From the NCBI RefSeq assembly GCF_018977255.1, contig NW_024704742.1, positions 61,444,001-61,508,000 on the forward strand: a DNA stretch of 64,000 nt, written 5' to 3'. The stretch's first letter is position 1. Every line of letters begins with the position of its first letter. The stretch comes from Callorhinchus milii. Its lineage: Eukaryota. The translations under genes were made by a program, and so were the position numbers. Below are positions 62,233-64,000 of this stretch, one piece after another. Below the pieces are notes generated by a model. The model saw nothing but the letters and a program-made list of their open reading frames with translations, searched no databases and was not told the origin of the DNA.

Positions 62233-62738
62233 TCTATATTATTTATACTAATAAAATGACAATGTCTGTCTGCGCATCAAGAAGGATCTCAATAACTGAT
62301 TGACATAGAGACATGATTTATACTTCATCGGAAAGGTCTTAAACTGGGAGTGACATGGGCATATTTGTTTTCAGGTAACTCCTATCATTCATTACCTATT
62401 TTCAATTTTGCGCTTTTCACTGCAGTTACACCTAGCAACCACACCGGCTGACCATGGCACTGCGGCATCCTACGTCACAGAGCACACCCATAGCCAAGTA
62501 GCGGAACAAAATAATGAACACAGATGGCAATAAGCCGCGGCAACAACAAAAAATTACATTTTTAAAGCATCGAGTCCTCCCACTAAGTCCTTCCAAAAGG
62601 AATCCTCCCACAGAAGTCCTCCCAGATAAATATAGATAAAGATGAAATGTCTGTCTGTGTCTGTGTCTGTCTGTGTGTTAATCTACATTCCATATTGGAT
62701 CCTTTGGTTGCAAGCAAAGCTGCAACGGGTAAAGCTAG
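62233..62738 (+). mobile_element. Non-autonomous Helitron-like element
   Basis: 5' a|tctatatt..tatactaataaaa..tgtctgtctg; 3' hairpin gttgcaagc-aaa-gctgcaac, then CTAG|t at 62735-62739; no TSD. Confidence 0.7.
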
Positions 62739-62829
62739 TAGTTAATAAAATATGGAAAGAGTTATGCTGAGTTATGCTATTCACCAACAATATCCTGGAA
62801 CCTGCTATCCACCCATTGAGAGTTCAAAG

Positions 62830-63610
62830 CTATCAAGTCCCTGATATCAAGTCCTGGATGAGAGCCAACTTTCTATAGCTGGATGTCAGTAAGACTGAGT
62901 CCATCCTGATTGGCTTACGTCAGTGCCTCAGCACTTCAGGCACTGGCAGCATCAGCATCCAAGGATGCACACTCCACCTCGCCAAGACAGTTAGAAACCT
63001 GGGCATCTTGTTCGACCATCAACTGTCATTTCTACCCCATATCTGTGCCATGATCCGCTTTGTCTTACCCCATCCCTACAACATTGGCGGACTCCGCCAC
63101 TGCCTCACCCCTCAGATTGCTGAAACCCTCATACATGTATTCACCACCTCAAGGCTCAACTACGGAAACTCCCTCCTTGTTGGCCTCCCCAACTCTTCCC
63201 TTCACAAGCTGCAGATCATCCAGAACTCTGCAGCTCATGTGCTCTCCCCCACCAGGCTCCATGACCCCATCACCCCCACCCTCACCCGGCTCTACTGGCT
63301 CCCTATCCCTCAGAGGATAGAATTCAAAATCCTCATTATCACTTTCAAGTCCCTCCACGGCCTTGCCCCCTCCTACCTCTCTGACCTGCTGACCCCCATC
63401 AACCTGTCCGCACCCTCCACTCAACAGGCTCCGTCCGGCCTGCTCCAGGTCTCCCCCACGAACCACCCACCATCGGTGGCCGGGTTTTCAGCCTCTCTGT
63501 CCCTACTCTTTGGAACTTCATCCCACAATCTCTTCACCTTGCTCCCTCTCTTGCCACCTTCAAGGCATGACTCAAGGCCCTCCTTTTTGACGTGCCTTCA
63601 GCCACACGTG
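62830..63610 (+). mobile_element. L2 ORF2 C-terminal fragment, tail lost
   Basis: ORF 63008-63619: FDHQLSFLPHI..AETLIHVFTTSRLNYGNSLLVGLP..QNSAA..RIEFKIL..HGLAPSYLSDLL. Confidence 0.9.
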
Positions 63611-63614
63611 CCTT

Positions 63615-64000
63615 CATAATTCATAATTCTGGAGAGTATTTGGTGCAGGTTGGCAAGACCCAAAGCTTGTGGAATCCAAAGTGTCCATTTGATAAGTGTT
63701 GGAGTCTAACCAGCTGAAGCTGCATATCTTGCAATTGGAAGGACTGTCAATCAAGGTTTCGTACTGCTTGTCCAGCCGGGATCCCCTACCCATTGGGGCT
63801 TTGGCTGCATGGTTAACAGGAGCTGAGTGGGATGACTCCCTGTCCTAGTGTCGATGAGCCAGGCTGGCTGTGCTGTCATCAGCAGTACCCTGGAATACTG
63901 AGGACCCATCTGTCATCTGTTTCAGGAACCAGACAACCGAGACTGCCACAGTCTCGATTCCGATAGTCCGTTGTTAAACATGTCACCTTGGAGCCAGTTC
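63615..64000. mobile_element. Unclassified interspersed repeat, runs off the window
   Basis: Colinear with 21600-21960. Confidence 0.75.

Overview
Vertebrate, CpG-depleted, repeat-dense non-coding DNA (large intron or intergenic). The repeat set (L2 and CR1 LINEs, a tRNA-Ala-headed SINE, Deu-domain SINEs) suggests a cartilaginous fish, plausibly a chimaera such as Callorhinchus; this is inference from remembered consensus sequences, not a search. I can support no host protein-coding exon. Every long ORF in the track is decayed L2/CR1 ORF2 or a translation of simple or tandem repeats. Highlights: (1) a 5'-complete, internally deleted L2 with a 7-bp TSD, nested with a young SINE inside an old DeuSINE; (2) three apparent successive subfamilies of the Ala-SINE, showing central-domain loss and then a tail hairpin matching a local L2; (3) a non-autonomous Helitron-like element; (4) an unclassified inverted-repeat family with at least 8 fragments; (5) a 61-nt near-perfect hairpin; (6) a CpG-rich 23-bp GC-box minisatellite just upstream of a candidate non-coding exon. 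I see no convincing evidence of a wholly new biological system. Coordinates of old, decayed repeats are approximate (tens of bp).
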